Shown one piece after another: positions 27,870 to 38,900 of a DNA stretch of 64,000 nucleotides. The notes below the pieces were generated by a model. It was not told where the DNA came from, made no database searches, and saw nothing but the letters and a program-made list of their open reading frames with translations. Positions within the stretch are counted from its first letter, which is position 1. The number at the start of each line of letters is the position of its first letter. The DNA comes from Acidobacteriota bacterium (GTDB lineage: Bacteria > Acidobacteriota > UBA890). The stretch is taken from assembly GCA_002731215.1 (NCBI GenBank), contig PCAP01000060.1, forward strand, positions 97 to 64,096, in the 5' to 3' direction. Position numbers and translations under genes: made by a program.

Positions 27870-29365
27870 GAGCTGGCTCGGTGCCGGCGCGCCAAGTAAC
27901 GACGCCTGGGTCTGATTCTGTTGCCAACAATGCGCACGAGGGCGGCGATCGCAAGGACGGCTGGATAGATGGAAAGGCGACCGAAAATCATTGCTGGAAG
28001 CAGTGCCATGCGAACACTGGAGGGCCAGTTGATCGGATCAACGATCTCACCGCTGAGGGTGCGCACGGGGCCAGCCGTTGCCGTTGCGTGTATGGCTGCA
28101 GAAAGAGCGCCAACTAGATCTAAGCCCAATACTGCAACTAACAGCGCCGTAGCAAAGACCACGGCTACGAACAGAAATTGCAGCACAACTATCTGGCGGA
28201 GCGTTTCTTCGCGGGCGATGCGCCCAGCCAGCCGAACCTTGAGCACTGCCCTTGGATGAAGTTGTCTTGCCATTTCCCGCATGGCCAACTTCATTAGAAC
28301 CCGGTGTTGTCGTACTTGAAGGCCACCACCAGCGGACCCACTCATGGCACCAACAGATATCAACAGGAGCAGAAGAACGGGCGCAGCGGGTGCCCAGTTT
28401 CCAGGCACAGACATAGGAAATCCGGTCGTGGAAATAGAAGCTGCAACGACGAAGAGGCCTTGCCGGAGCCCGGTGAGGTCGGGTCCCGTGGCCCACAGAG
28501 CAAGGAGCAGAACTCCCACTCCATGCAGGCCTAGGTACAACATGAGACCTGTCTGACGATGGGGCCTTCCGCCACCTCTTACCAAATGCCAAATCGTCAC
28601 CAGGCTGGACCCCGCCAAAATCATGCCTGCAATGGCAACCCACTGGACTGCAGGGTCTGCGAACTCGGTGGGGCTATTAGTAAAGCCCCCAGTTGAGAGG
28701 GTCGACATAGCAAGGAGTGCGGCCTCAAACGGCGCCTTTCGCGCCAGCATGTAGCCAAACCAAACCAAAACGGTGCAAGGGATGTAGAGCAGGGCAATGT
28801 TTCGGACACCCGACCACTTGTCCGGAACTAGTGGTCGGTGATTGGCAGAGTTGGAGCGGTCGGTAAATTCGCGGCCGAATCCAAAAAATGGAAGGACTAT
28901 AATTCCTGTTAGTAGGGCGGCGAAACCACCTATCCACTGGCTCGACGCCCGCAAGAACCGGAGTCCGTAACCGAGGTCTCTCGGGTCGATGACACTTAAG
29001 GCTGTGGTGGTGATTCCTGTGGTGGCTTCAAAAAGGGCGCTATCAGGGCTCTGGATCGCACCGGTGAGGAGATACAGGGCGGCAAGAAGAAGGACCGCTA
29101 GGAAGACCCCTAGTGTCGTTGTTGCGAGGACGTCAGCGGGCCGAATGTTGTCTGGGTTCTGGACTCTGCCTACCAATAAGATTCCCGCGAAGACCATGGC
29201 ACTTCCCATGATGAGTAGCGTTGGTGAATCAGCACCTTGCTTAAACAGGTCGATCAATCCAGAACAGACAGACAAGGTACCGATCGACAAGAGGGCTGCA
29301 GACACCGCCCATGCAGTTGCTGCAGTCCAAGACGCCCACTGGCGAATGGTCGTCCTGGCAGCCAC
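27866..29365 (-). CDS. TrkH/KtrB-family potassium transporter, second paralogue
   Basis: Same architecture as the downstream trkH (STGGF, TTGFPMS). 4-nt overlap with the downstream paralogue. Confidence 0.75.
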   Translation of the reverse strand: MAARTTIRQWASWTAATAWAVSAALLSIGTLSVCSGLIDLFKQGADSPTLLIMGSAMVFAGILLVGRVQNPDNIRPADVLATTTLGVFLAVLLLAALYLLTGAIQSPDSALFEATTGITTTALSVIDPRDLGYGLRFLRASSQWIGGFAALLTGIIVLPFFGFGREFTDRSNSANHRPLVPDKWSGVRNIALLYIPCTVLVWFGYMLARKAPFEAALLAMSTLSTGGFTNSPTEFADPAVQWVAIAGMILAGSSLVTIWHLVRGGGRPHRQTGLMLYLGLHGVGVLLLALWATGPDLTGLRQGLFVVAASISTTGFPMSVPGNWAPAAPVLLLLLISVGAMSGSAGGGLQVRQHRVLMKLAMREMARQLHPRAVLKVRLAGRIAREETLRQIVVLQFLFVAVVFATALLVAVLGLDLVGALSAAIHATATAGPVRTLSGEIVDPINWPSSVRMALLPAMIFGRLSIYPAVLAIAALVRIVGNRIRPRRRYLARRHRASS

Positions 29366-29387
29366 GGGAATATCTGTCCCGGTGGGG

Positions 29388-30791
29388 TCAGGCGAACAGG
29401 GCGGTGACCCTGTCGACCGACTCCGGCTTGGCTAAGACCACTACATGGTCTCGAGCGCGCAGGGTGCTACGCCCTCGGGCGATTTGGGGCTTCCCGTCTC
29501 TGACAATTGCCCCAATCAGGGATTCGTGTGGCATATGGAGTTCAGCCACTGTGCTTCCCGCACAAATGCACGATTCGGATACCGCGAACTCAAGGATCTC
29601 CACATCACCTTGGAGATATGTGGCGACAGCGGCGACTGTACCGACATCGCCACGAACAAACCTGAGCACGCTGTTGGCAGTAGCAGTCCTCGGGCTAAGT
29701 GTTGCTCCGACCTGATGAGTTTCGAGGAGGTCAAGGAGTTTGAGACGGTGCACTACAGCGATGGTCTTGACCGCCGCCTCAGAGCCCTGCTGCCTGGTCC
29801 CTGCTGCCTTGGCATAGAGGCACGCAAGTACGTTGGAATCGTCTTCCCCTGTAAGAGCGATTACGACATCTTGTGCACCCACATCGGCCTCTTCGAGCAT
29901 GTCGGCGTCGACAATGTCGCCCCTGAAGATGAGAGTTCGGGGTAGTTCTTCGGCAAGTTCGATCGCTCTTTTCTCATCATGTTCGATTATTGCTACGTCC
30001 ACACCTCGGTCGATGAGCGATTCCGCCAGCATCTGTGCCGTTCGACCCCCACCTAGGAGGAGAGCGCGGGTCGGCATCTCTCTAGCGATTCCCAGCCGAT
30101 GGGTCACCTCTTTAAGAGCTCTTTGCTTGCAGATGATTCGGAGCAGATCGCCCTCCACGAGGACTTCGTCAGCCCGGGGAATGAATGTCACATCTTGCCC
30201 GGATTTCTCGTTTTCGGATCCGGAGCGGGTGATTGTGCCGACGATAAAGTCCCAATCTGGTTCCAATTCCTGACCCAATGCGCCCAATGTGACGCCGACC
30301 AGTGGTGCGTGTGCAGGCAACTTCACCCCAATGACCACAACTTCTCCATCGGCCATTCTTGCTACATCCAGGGCTCCTGGATACTCCATCAGCCGCAGAA
30401 CCTGTTGGGCAACCTCTTCATCAGGATCAATAACGAGATGGTCGGTTACACCTTTGAAGAGATCTCTGACCTCTTGGCGTCGTAGGCGGCGAGACTCCAC
30501 CCTGACAATCGTCTTTTGGACCCCGGCCTGTCGTGCGAGAAGAGCGGATAGCAGGTTTGCCTCGTCATTGGCTGTCACGGCAACGAGTAGGTCAGCCTGG
30601 TCAAGTCCCGCCTTTTGCAGGCAACTTGGATCAGTGCCGCTGCCCTTCACAGCGAGCACGTCGAGGTCTTTGTCGATCTCTCGGAATCTTTCAGGGTCGA
30701 CCTCGATCAGCGCTATGTCGTGTTCTTGGCCACTCAGGCGGTCGGCGACGTAAGTACCGACCTCTCCAGCACCCACAACGATGATGTACAC
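29388..30791 (-). CDS. trkA: Trk system potassium uptake protein TrkA (double RCK/NAD-binding)
   Basis: Two Rossmann GxGxxG motifs (VVGAGEVG, LLGGGRTA) and RCK_C domains across 467 aa. Confidence 0.85.
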   Translation of the reverse strand: MYIIVVGAGEVGTYVADRLSGQEHDIALIEVDPERFREIDKDLDVLAVKGSGTDPSCLQKAGLDQADLLVAVTANDEANLLSALLARQAGVQKTIVRVESRRLRRQEVRDLFKGVTDHLVIDPDEEVAQQVLRLMEYPGALDVARMADGEVVVIGVKLPAHAPLVGVTLGALGQELEPDWDFIVGTITRSGSENEKSGQDVTFIPRADEVLVEGDLLRIICKQRALKEVTHRLGIAREMPTRALLLGGGRTAQMLAESLIDRGVDVAIIEHDEKRAIELAEELPRTLIFRGDIVDADMLEEADVGAQDVVIALTGEDDSNVLACLYAKAAGTRQQGSEAAVKTIAVVHRLKLLDLLETHQVGATLSPRTATANSVLRFVRGDVGTVAAVATYLQGDVEILEFAVSESCICAGSTVAELHMPHESLIGAIVRDGKPQIARGRSTLRARDHVVVLAKPESVDRVTALFA

Positions 30792-30794
30792 CGG

Positions 30795-31367
30795 CTAATC
30801 CTCGCCTATCTGTGGCTTACGGAGGAGGATGCCCTGCTCAGTTGCAAGGATGTCGAGGGGTACGTCCCATGACTGGGCATTGAGAGATGGGACGACCTGG
30901 AAGCTGTGTGCAATACCAATTAGGAGAGGCGGTGCCGGTGCCTCAAGCCGAAAAGCGAATGTCCGATCGTAATAGCCAGCTCCGTGGCCCATTCGATTGC
31001 ATCTTTTGTCTGCTACCACTACAGGGACGAGAACCACATCAAGGTCACGTAGCGATACCCGTTCACCACTAACAGGTTGCCTAATGCCGAATGGGCCCGG
31101 TTGTAGCGGTCCACTCGGCAGGACGAACTCAAGTACTCCACCTGGTCTTACCACAGGAAGAGCGATACGGGTCTCTACAGCTTCAAGGATTGGCCAAGGA
31201 TCAATCTCACCCCGGATGCCGACATACGCTGCAACCAATTCTGCTTCACAAAACTCCTCCAACTGCTTGACGCGTCTCATCACAAGCGCACTCGCATCGT
31301 GCACCACTTCCGGGGAGAGCAAAGCCCTTTGTCGCGACATCCCGTCACGAATGGCCTCTTCTTGCAT
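30795..31367 (-). CDS. 5-formyltetrahydrofolate cyclo-ligase
   Basis: GHGAGYYDR motif and overall MTHFS length. The start was chosen at an internal Met; alternatives are 31340 and 31448. Confidence 0.7.
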   Translation of the reverse strand: MQEEAIRDGMSRQRALLSPEVVHDASALVMRRVKQLEEFCEAELVAAYVGIRGEIDPWPILEAVETRIALPVVRPGGVLEFVLPSGPLQPGPFGIRQPVSGERVSLRDLDVVLVPVVVADKRCNRMGHGAGYYDRTFAFRLEAPAPPLLIGIAHSFQVVPSLNAQSWDVPLDILATEQGILLRKPQIGED

Positions 31368-31582
31368 ACACCGATGTTTACCTAGCAGACGCTTTGATTC
31401 CAGTACCGGGTGACATATGTCGCCAAGCAGATGTTTGAAGCACGCCATTCAGGTCACTAGCGTCACGACGGTTCTAGTTCCGGGGCATCAAACACATCCG
31501 TCCCAGAGCTCAGGAATCCGTCGATTGGCCACCGTGCCGAATCCACACGACAAACGTTCCCAACATCTCAGGAGATCGACCC

Positions 31583-33679
31583 TTGGAAGCCATCCCTTAC
31601 CTAGCCGCAGCCTCATCGGTGATGGGTCTCGCACTGGCTGGTTACTTTTACAGTTCCGTGCGGGCTGCCAGCCCAGGAGACCAACGGATGGTCTTCCTTA
31701 TGACGGAGATCCAAAAAGGAGCACGTGCCTTCCTCAAGAAGGAGTACACGTGGGTATCGGGTTTTGTAGCGGTCATGGCTGTCCTGATCGCTGTCCTAAT
31801 CGCTCCGACAGCTGCCCTTACCTACGTCCTTGGAGCGGTCCTCTCCGCAACTGCCGGCTACGTGGGTATGACAGTCGCCACGATGGCCAACGCCCGTACC
31901 ACTGAGGCTGCCAAACAGGGGCCTGGCAAGGCCTTACCGATTGCTTTTCGAGGCGGAGCAGTAATGGGGTTCTCAGTCGCCGGCCTCGCCCTCGGCGGGC
32001 TAATGCTCGTCTACATCCTCTTCGTCCTCGTAGTCGGAGTGGAGGATGCCTTCGAGGTTGTAACTGCTTACGGCCTAGGGGCTTCGTCTATAGCTTTGTT
32101 TTCTCGTGTAGGTGGCGGCATCTACACCAAGGCAGCTGATGTCGGTGCTGATCTTGTGGGCAAAGTTGAGGCAGGTATACCGGAAGATGATCCTCGCAAC
32201 CCCGCAACAATCGCAGACAACGTAGGCGACAACGTAGGCGACGTCGCCGGCATGGGCGCTGACCTCTTCGAAAGCTATGCCGGTTCGATCATCGCACCGA
32301 TTTCTCTTGTGGCCTTCGCTTTAGGCCTAGGGGCTGAGCATGCTTCGACTACTACCAACATCTCTCTTTTGTCCTTTCCAATTGCCATTGCCTTTGCCGG
32401 CATGCTGGCTTCTATCTTCGGCTCGTTTCTTGTGAGGGGAGGCGACTCCACGGACACGAAAGCACTCAGCAAGGCCCTGCACATGGGTACGAACTCAGCG
32501 ATGTTCATAACCGCTGTTGCAACCGTCCTGATCGCCTTCTGGTTGTTTGGTTCAGACGCGGCATTCGATAACCCTCTTGGCCTCGCTATTGCAGTGATCG
32601 GTGGTCTGGTCGTTGGATGGGCACTCGGCAAGACCGCTGAGTACTACACCTCTGATCACTTCGGCCCAGTAAAGAAGATCGCTGGTCAAACGGAGACAGG
32701 TCCTGCGACCACGATCCTTGGTGGCATATCGGCTGGCATGGTCTCAGTTGCTGCCTCAGTGGCCCTGTTGGCCGTGGGGGTGGCTCTCGCCTACTGGGGC
32801 GGCGAAATGGCATTTGACTCGATCGGTAACCTCGACGGCGGCATCTATGGCATAGCCGTTGCCGCCATAGGAATGCTCTCAACACTCGGCGTTGTGGTCT
32901 CAGTCGATGCCTACGGTCCGATCGCGGATAATGCAGGTGGTATCGCCGAGATGGCCGAGTTGGATCCAAGTGTTCGTGAGGTGACCGATGCTCTGGACTC
33001 CTTGGGAAACACCACTGCAGCCGTCGCCAAAGGTTTTGCTGTCGGCTCAGCTGCTCTAACCGCATTGGCACTCTTCAAGAGCTTTGAGTTTGCAGTTGTA
33101 CAGGCGGGGGGCACTCTCTCGCTAAACATCGGCGAGGTAGCGGTCTTCGTTGGCCTCTTTATCGGCGCCATGCTTCCATTCCTGTTCGCCGCACTCACCA
33201 TTGACGCTGTCGGACGAGCAGCCCAAGAAATGATCGAGGAGGTTCGTCGGCAGTTCCGCGAGATCCCAGGTCTTCGCGAAGGCAAGCCAGGGGTCAATCC
33301 TGACTCTGCACGTTGTGTAGAGATTTCGACTGCAGCATCCCTGAAGGAGATGCTTGTTCCTGGTGCTCTCGCCGTGGTGGTTCCTCTAGTCATTGGCTTC
33401 GTGAATATTGATGCCCTTGGAGGGTTTCTTGCCGGGGCCCTAGTTTCGGGGTTCTGTTTGGCAATATTCATGGCCAATGCTGGTGGTGCCTGGGACAACG
33501 CCAAGAAGTACATCGAAGCCGGCGCAATGGGGGGCAAGGGCTCCGATAGTCACAAGGCGGCTGTCGTCGGTGACACAGTGGGAGACCCCTTCAAGGACAC
33601 GTCCGGCCCGGCTATGAACATTCTCATCAAGGTCATGACGATCGTCTCGCTGGTCTTCGCTTCGGCGTTCGTTGGGTAG
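31583..33679 (+). CDS. hppA: membrane-bound proton/sodium-translocating pyrophosphatase
   Basis: 698 aa with about 15 TM helices and an H+-PPase signature ([28 protein letters not shown]). Confidence 0.9.
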   Translation: MEAIPYLAAASSVMGLALAGYFYSSVRAASPGDQRMVFLMTEIQKGARAFLKKEYTWVSGFVAVMAVLIAVLIAPTAALTYVLGAVLSATAGYVGMTVATMANARTTEAAKQGPGKALPIAFRGGAVMGFSVAGLALGGLMLVYILFVLVVGVEDAFEVVTAYGLGASSIALFSRVGGGIYTKAADVGADLVGKVEAGIPEDDPRNPATIADNVGDNVGDVAGMGADLFESYAGSIIAPISLVAFALGLGAEHASTTTNISLLSFPIAIAFAGMLASIFGSFLVRGGDSTDTKALSKALHMGTNSAMFITAVATVLIAFWLFGSDAAFDNPLGLAIAVIGGLVVGWALGKTAEYYTSDHFGPVKKIAGQTETGPATTILGGISAGMVSVAASVALLAVGVALAYWGGEMAFDSIGNLDGGIYGIAVAAIGMLSTLGVVVSVDAYGPIADNAGGIAEMAELDPSVREVTDALDSLGNTTAAVAKGFAVGSAALTALALFKSFEFAVVQAGGTLSLNIGEVAVFVGLFIGAMLPFLFAALTIDAVGRAAQEMIEEVRRQFREIPGLREGKPGVNPDSARCVEISTAASLKEMLVPGALAVVVPLVIGFVNIDALGGFLAGALVSGFCLAIFMANAGGAWDNAKKYIEAGAMGGKGSDSHKAAVVGDTVGDPFKDTSGPAMNILIKVMTIVSLVFASAFVG

Positions 33680-34529
33680 TACCGACTCCGTGGAACGGCC
33701 AACTGCTCGCCGCTATCAGGGAAAGATCAAGGGAGTCGTACTGGACTGGAGTGGGACAACGGTCGATGCTTACGTGATAGCACCGGCGATGGCGTTTGTT
33801 GAAGTGTTCCGGAAGCATGGCGTAGAAGTCACGATGCAGGAAGCCCGCAAGCCGATGGGCTTGCGGAAAGACCTCCACCTTGAGGCTCTTGCAGACTTGC
33901 CTGCGGTGAGCGAACGGTGGGCTGAGGTCCACGGCCATTATCCGGAAAAAGCTGAGATTAATGCCATGTTCGAAGACTTCGTTCCCCTACAGGTAGGAAT
34001 CCTCCCTCGTCACGCTGCTCTCTTGCCAGGTATTGCAGAACTGGCCGACCGTTTGCGTGCCGAACACAACATCCGAATCGGTGTTTCGACTGGCTTCACT
34101 AGGCCAATGGTCGACCTGCTCCTCAAGTACGCAGCGGAGCAGGGGTTCCTACCTGACTGTGCAGTAGCGGGTGATGAAGTTGAAAACGGTGTCCGGCCCA
34201 AGCCGTTCATGGTCTACCGGAACATGGATCTGATGGACGTTCACCCTATTCAGGCTGTTGTGAAAGTCGACGACACGGGCTCCGGTGTGTCTGAGGGCAT
34301 TGAGGCTGGTTGCTGGACGGTCGGGATTGCTGGCTATAGCAACTATCTCAATATCAACTCCTTGAGTGAGGCTGACGCTATCTCAGCAGAAGACTTTGCT
34401 GATCGCCTTGCGTTAGCCCGTACAGAACTTTGGAAGGCAGGGGCTCACTACGTGATAGATGAACCGCTCGAGTTGCTTACCGCCATCAAAGACATCAACA
34501 ACCGACTGGCAACAGGCGACTCTCCCTGA
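33672..34529 (+). CDS. phnX: phosphonoacetaldehyde hydrolase (phosphonatase), HAD superfamily
   Basis: [12 protein letters not shown] motif I, EARKPMGL (Schiff-base Lys), [10 protein letters not shown], and [21 protein letters not shown] matching PhnX KVGDTVSDMKEGRNAGMWTVG. It overlaps the end of hppA by 8 nt. Confidence 0.75.
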   Translation: MGSTDSVERPTARRYQGKIKGVVLDWSGTTVDAYVIAPAMAFVEVFRKHGVEVTMQEARKPMGLRKDLHLEALADLPAVSERWAEVHGHYPEKAEINAMFEDFVPLQVGILPRHAALLPGIAELADRLRAEHNIRIGVSTGFTRPMVDLLLKYAAEQGFLPDCAVAGDEVENGVRPKPFMVYRNMDLMDVHPIQAVVKVDDTGSGVSEGIEAGCWTVGIAGYSNYLNINSLSEADAISAEDFADRLALARTELWKAGAHYVIDEPLELLTAIKDINNRLATGDSP

Positions 34530-34537
34530 TTCTGTCC

Positions 34538-35317
34538 TCAGGCCTCAGGCGTCACATAGGCCGCACTCAGACCTCCATCCACCATGAGGTCCGTGCCGGT
34601 TACATAGGACGATTCGTTTGACGCCAGCCAGAGAGCGGCCTCCGCCATCTCCGAAGCTTCCCCAAAGCGGCCCATCGGTATGTGTACAAGACGGCGATCC
34701 TTCTTTTCGGTCGTATCTAGGAAGTTCATTAACAGATCAGTCCTGAGGGGCCCTGGGCAAAGTGAGTTCACACGGATGTTTTGTCTGGCATGGACGATGG
34801 CCAACTCACGAGTGAGGGCCTGGACTGCACCCTTGGATGCCGTATAGGCGATTTGGGAGGTAGCGGAACCCATAACGGCTACAAAGGAGGCTGTGTTGAT
34901 TATTGAACCGCCACCAGATGCGAGCATCGCTGGAATCTCGTACTTGCATCCGAAAAACACTCCTTTGGCATTGACCCCCATGGTCAAGTCCCAAATACTC
35001 TCCTCAGTGTCTACGGCATTCCCGTCGTCGGGATGCATTATTCCAGCGTTGTTGAAGGCCACGTGTAGGGCGCCGTATTCCTCAACTGTCGTCGCCACTA
35101 CCCGGTCCATATCACCGGCTTTGGAGACATCTGCGACCAACGATATTGCGCTGCCTCCAGCGCTGGTGATTGCCGCAGCGGTTGCAACGTTTCGCTCCTT
35201 GACAGTATCTACGCACGCCACTTTGGCGCCGTTGGCTGCAAACAAGATCGCTGACTCGTGTCCGATGCCTGATGCAGCACCGGTAACCAAGGCGACTTTC
35301 CCCTCGAGTCTTGTCAT
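34538..35317 (-). CDS. SDR family oxidoreductase
   Basis: TGAASGIG cofactor motif, NNAG, and a Y-x3-K active site (YTASK). The start was set at Met preceding the Rossmann motif. Confidence 0.8.
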   Translation of the reverse strand: MTRLEGKVALVTGAASGIGHESAILFAANGAKVACVDTVKERNVATAAAITSAGGSAISLVADVSKAGDMDRVVATTVEEYGALHVAFNNAGIMHPDDGNAVDTEESIWDLTMGVNAKGVFFGCKYEIPAMLASGGGSIINTASFVAVMGSATSQIAYTASKGAVQALTRELAIVHARQNIRVNSLCPGPLRTDLLMNFLDTTEKKDRRLVHIPMGRFGEASEMAEAALWLASNESSYVTGTDLMVDGGLSAAYVTPEA

Positions 35318-35351
35318 CGGCTCCCCTCGATGTTTAGCGGCTTGACCAAGA

Positions 35352-36515
35352 TCAGCCCGGCAAGACAATCATCGGGTCCTTGGGTTCCCCACCCGTGCGT
35401 ACCTCGAAGTGCAGGTGTGGACCCGTGGACCAGCCGGTGGACCCGCATCGCCCAATTACGTCACCAGTTTGGAGTGTGTGGCCTTTAGAAACCAGGAGTT
35501 CCTCTTGGTGCGCATAGACGGTAATGACTGGCCCTTCATGTTCAATCAAAACAACATTGCCGAAGCCGTTTTTCCAACCTGCAAAGCGCACCACTCCTGC
35601 TTTGGCTGCCCAAACAGGCTGGTTTAGGACACAGCCAATGTCTACCCCGTTGTGCTGGCGGCTGGTGCCGAAGATCGGATGAATCCTGACACCAAAGCCA
35701 GAACCAATCTTTCCTTCAATTGGCATTATGAAACCAGCACCGGATTCTTTGGTGAGGTCAGGAGCAGAACGTCGCAGTTCCTCAGCAATCAGATTGTCGA
35801 TTAAGACGGCCATCTGGTACTGCTCGCGTTCGAGCTGCTTAAGTGCAGCTTCGTGTTCCTCGATTCGAAGTTCAAGTTCGTCCCGCACTTCTTCCTGTGA
35901 ACTGATACGTCGATCCAACACCAGCAGGGAAGATTCCAATTCCCGTTGCTCATATTCAGCATCCAGGATGGCGGCATCGGCATATCGGGCAATGGCTTCC
36001 ATCTCCCTTTCAAGCGTGTGTAGGCGTTCCAAGAGATCTGAGCGATTGCCTGTCACCACATCAAGAATGGCGGACTTTCTGATGCCAGCCGAGAGGTCTT
36101 CGGCCTCAAGCAGGATGCCAGGCCGGAGTCCAGATATGTAGACATCTACAGCCAGTTTCTCTACGCGGGCCCGAACTTCTTGAATCTCAGATCCCACCTG
36201 CTCAACCTCAACCCAGCGAAGCGTTGCTTCGGCTTCGGCGACCTCGATTGCCTGACGCGAGGAAGCGATCTTGGCTAGTTGGAGTGATACCGCATCATCG
36301 AGAGCTCCGAGCGCTCCCGAAACCTCAGCGTCCTCGGCTTCGACCAATTCCAGCGCTTCAGCCGCATCGGCTGCGCGATGTTTTGCGGCTTCCCTGCGAT
36401 CTCTAGCCTCGCGGATTGATTCGGTCTCACCGGAAGCTCCGGTAGGCATGAGAACAACCAGTACAGCGACGAGGGCGATCAGGGTGCGTAGGAGAGAGGC
36501 TGGTCTGGGTGTCAT
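35352..36515 (-). CDS. secreted M23 family metallopeptidase with N-terminal coiled-coil (EnvC-like)
   Basis: Signal peptide, about 230 aa of heptad-rich region, and C-terminal M23 motifs (HNGVDI, HLHFEV). Confidence 0.8.
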   Translation of the reverse strand: MTPRPASLLRTLIALVAVLVVLMPTGASGETESIREARDRREAAKHRAADAAEALELVEAEDAEVSGALGALDDAVSLQLAKIASSRQAIEVAEAEATLRWVEVEQVGSEIQEVRARVEKLAVDVYISGLRPGILLEAEDLSAGIRKSAILDVVTGNRSDLLERLHTLEREMEAIARYADAAILDAEYEQRELESSLLVLDRRISSQEEVRDELELRIEEHEAALKQLEREQYQMAVLIDNLIAEELRRSAPDLTKESGAGFIMPIEGKIGSGFGVRIHPIFGTSRQHNGVDIGCVLNQPVWAAKAGVVRFAGWKNGFGNVVLIEHEGPVITVYAHQEELLVSKGHTLQTGDVIGRCGSTGWSTGPHLHFEVRTGGEPKDPMIVLPG

Positions 36516-36629
36516 GGTCTCAGTGCCAGTTGTGGCGTGATGACCAGCAAGGCTACAGGGCGATCCGTTCCACTATTTGACACGACACCAACCCTGACTG
36601 GGAGAACCAATCAGTTGAAGAAACACTGG

Positions 36630-38900
36630 CTATTCGAGTGCCAACTCCATTCTCATTGCTAGCAGGGCATCTTCTGTGGTCTCGCCCACTCCCCTACTTG
36701 GCAAGTGAATAACAACCTCACGGAGTGTGCCGGTAAATGGAAAGGGTCCGACGTACTCCTCTGACACAGCCGACAGAGCATCACGCCCTACGTCGAGCCC
36801 CGTCGAACCAAGAATCCGTATAACGAAGGGCACAGGCATCGAGCCGCCCGCCTCTCCATCCAGCAGCAACGTCGCTGTACCTGTACTCCCATCGCGGTAG
36901 AAGTGCACACCTACGGTTGCTTCGCCTATTGGGAGGTGTTGCAGACTTCGGACGACGTGGTGGTCTGTGAAGATGTTGTAGTCGAAGACTAGGCGTTCCT
37001 CTTTGACAAATAGGGAAAGACCCAGGTTCTCCGTGCCGACTGCCATTATCACTCCTTCACCACCCTCAGGTCGCAAGATTGAAGCCTCGACTAGGAAGGA
37101 GCGATTGCCGAGGGTGGCGGCGGCACCAGCTGGAATGTGTGAGATCGGAGGGGTGTAGCGGTAGGTCCGGCCCTGGTGGGGCGTGCCGGGGCCAAACCGA
37201 GGTCGGAATAGTTCAAGTGTTCGGTCGTCAAGTGGTAGGACCCCGTTCGACTCTGCCTCTGCCCACCAAAGGTCAATCAGGGACTTCAGTCGTTCTGGTT
37301 CTGCTTCTGCTAGGTCGTTTGTCTCTGACACGTCCTTGTCAAGGTGGAAGAGTTCCCAACGTTCCTCGTCATAGGGAGCGTCAGGGACATGTCGCGTTAC
37401 TGCCTTCCATCCATCGCTACAGATGGCCCTGTGTCCGAACATTTCGAAGTACTGGGCTCCCTTTCTTGTTGGCTCTTCGGGCCCATTGAAGGTGTACTCA
37501 AGACTTGTTCCAGTCATCGGCGTCAACTCACGTCCGTTGCGCTGGGCGGGCATGTCAAGACCAACCAGGTCCAAGAGAGTGGGTGTTAGGTCTGTGATGT
37601 GGTGGAATTGGTTCCGTCTACCACCCGACTCACTGATTCCGCCCGGCCAGTGAATGATCAATGGATCTCTCACTCCGCCGCCGTGAGTGGTCTGCTTATA
37701 CCACCTCATCGGCGTATTACCCGCCTGAGCCCACCCCCACGGGTAGTTGCTATGTGAGTGAGGGCCCCCAATGTCATCAAGCCGCTCGACAGCGGAGTCG
37801 ACATCCTCCTGGAAGTTGTTGAAGTACTTCATTTCGTCGGTCACTCCAGTGGGGCCACCCTCTTGACTTGCACCGTTGTCTGACAGCAACATCACCACGG
37901 TGTCATCCAAGATGCCAAGGAGTTCAAGGTGGTCGATGAGGCGACCGATCTGCGCGTCGGTGTGGTCAAGCATCGCGGCAAATGCCTCCTGGAGCCGACA
38001 AGCAAAACGTTGCTGGTTATGGCTGAGGTCATCCCATGCCTCTACTCCGGGATTTCTTGGGGCCAAGATCGTGTCGGGCGGGACAACTCCGAGTTCTAGT
38101 TGGTTCTGGAACCATTCCTGTCTCGTGATATCCCAGCCAGCATCGAATTGCCCCTTGTACTTTTCCAGATATGGTCTTGGCGCCTGATGCGGCGCGTGTG
38201 TGGCTCCAAACGCCAAGTAGAGAAAAAACGGCCTATCTGGCCTGAGGGACCTGGTGTCACTCACGAAGCCAATGGCCTTGTCTACGAGGTCTTCACTGAC
38301 GTGGTAGCCGTCTTCAGGCTCCGCTGGGGGGTCTATGTGATGGTTATCTGCCGTTAACTCTGGGTGGAACTGATCAGTTTCTCCCTGCAAGAAGCCGTAG
38401 AAGCGGTCAAAACCTCGCTGCAGTGGCCAATGATCGAACGGCCCAGCAGCGGATGCCTGAGCCATGGGGGCTAAGTGCCACTTGCCCACACAGGCGGTTG
38501 CGTAACCGTTGTCCTTTAGTACCTCGGCGACTGTCGCAGCATGGTCAGCTATGTAGCCGCGCATGTGTGGATACCCGCTGTCGAAGTTGGAGACAGCTCT
38601 CATGCCAACGGAGTGATGGTTGCGACCGGTTAGAAGACAGGCGCGAGTTGGTGAACAAAGCGCAGTGGTGTGGAAGTTTGTATACCTGAGACCACTCTCA
38701 GCGAGTCGGTCAATGTTGGGCGTGTCGATGCTTGAGCCATAGCAACCCAAGTGAGCGAAGCCTGTGTCATCAAGTAGGACCACCAAAACGTTCGGGCTGT
38801 CCTCGGGTGCTGTTGCTGTCTCGGGCCACCAGGGTTCCGACTCGGCATGTGTTCGACCGATAGTTCCTTTGAAGGCGCTGTCTTCGCCTCTCCTACCCAT
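36630..38900 (-). CDS. arylsulfatase (type I sulfatase, Cys-type) with a C-terminal extension domain of about 250 aa
   Basis: Sulfatase signature CSPTRACLLTGR (C-x-P-x-R formylglycine site) and metal ligands (LLDDTG). 756 aa. Confidence 0.85.
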   Translation of the reverse strand: MGRRGEDSAFKGTIGRTHAESEPWWPETATAPEDSPNVLVVLLDDTGFAHLGCYGSSIDTPNIDRLAESGLRYTNFHTTALCSPTRACLLTGRNHHSVGMRAVSNFDSGYPHMRGYIADHAATVAEVLKDNGYATACVGKWHLAPMAQASAAGPFDHWPLQRGFDRFYGFLQGETDQFHPELTADNHHIDPPAEPEDGYHVSEDLVDKAIGFVSDTRSLRPDRPFFLYLAFGATHAPHQAPRPYLEKYKGQFDAGWDITRQEWFQNQLELGVVPPDTILAPRNPGVEAWDDLSHNQQRFACRLQEAFAAMLDHTDAQIGRLIDHLELLGILDDTVVMLLSDNGASQEGGPTGVTDEMKYFNNFQEDVDSAVERLDDIGGPHSHSNYPWGWAQAGNTPMRWYKQTTHGGGVRDPLIIHWPGGISESGGRRNQFHHITDLTPTLLDLVGLDMPAQRNGRELTPMTGTSLEYTFNGPEEPTRKGAQYFEMFGHRAICSDGWKAVTRHVPDAPYDEERWELFHLDKDVSETNDLAEAEPERLKSLIDLWWAEAESNGVLPLDDRTLELFRPRFGPGTPHQGRTYRYTPPISHIPAGAAATLGNRSFLVEASILRPEGGEGVIMAVGTENLGLSLFVKEERLVFDYNIFTDHHVVRSLQHLPIGEATVGVHFYRDGSTGTATLLLDGEAGGSMPVPFVIRILGSTGLDVGRDALSAVSEEYVGPFPFTGTLREVVIHLPSRGVGETTEDALLAMRMELALE

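Noticed and set aside
32275-33537. Minus-strand ORFs of 118-208 aa inside hppA
   Set aside because: They are antisense to the H+-pyrophosphatase gene, which has strong signature motifs. They are Arg/Pro-rich shadow frames.
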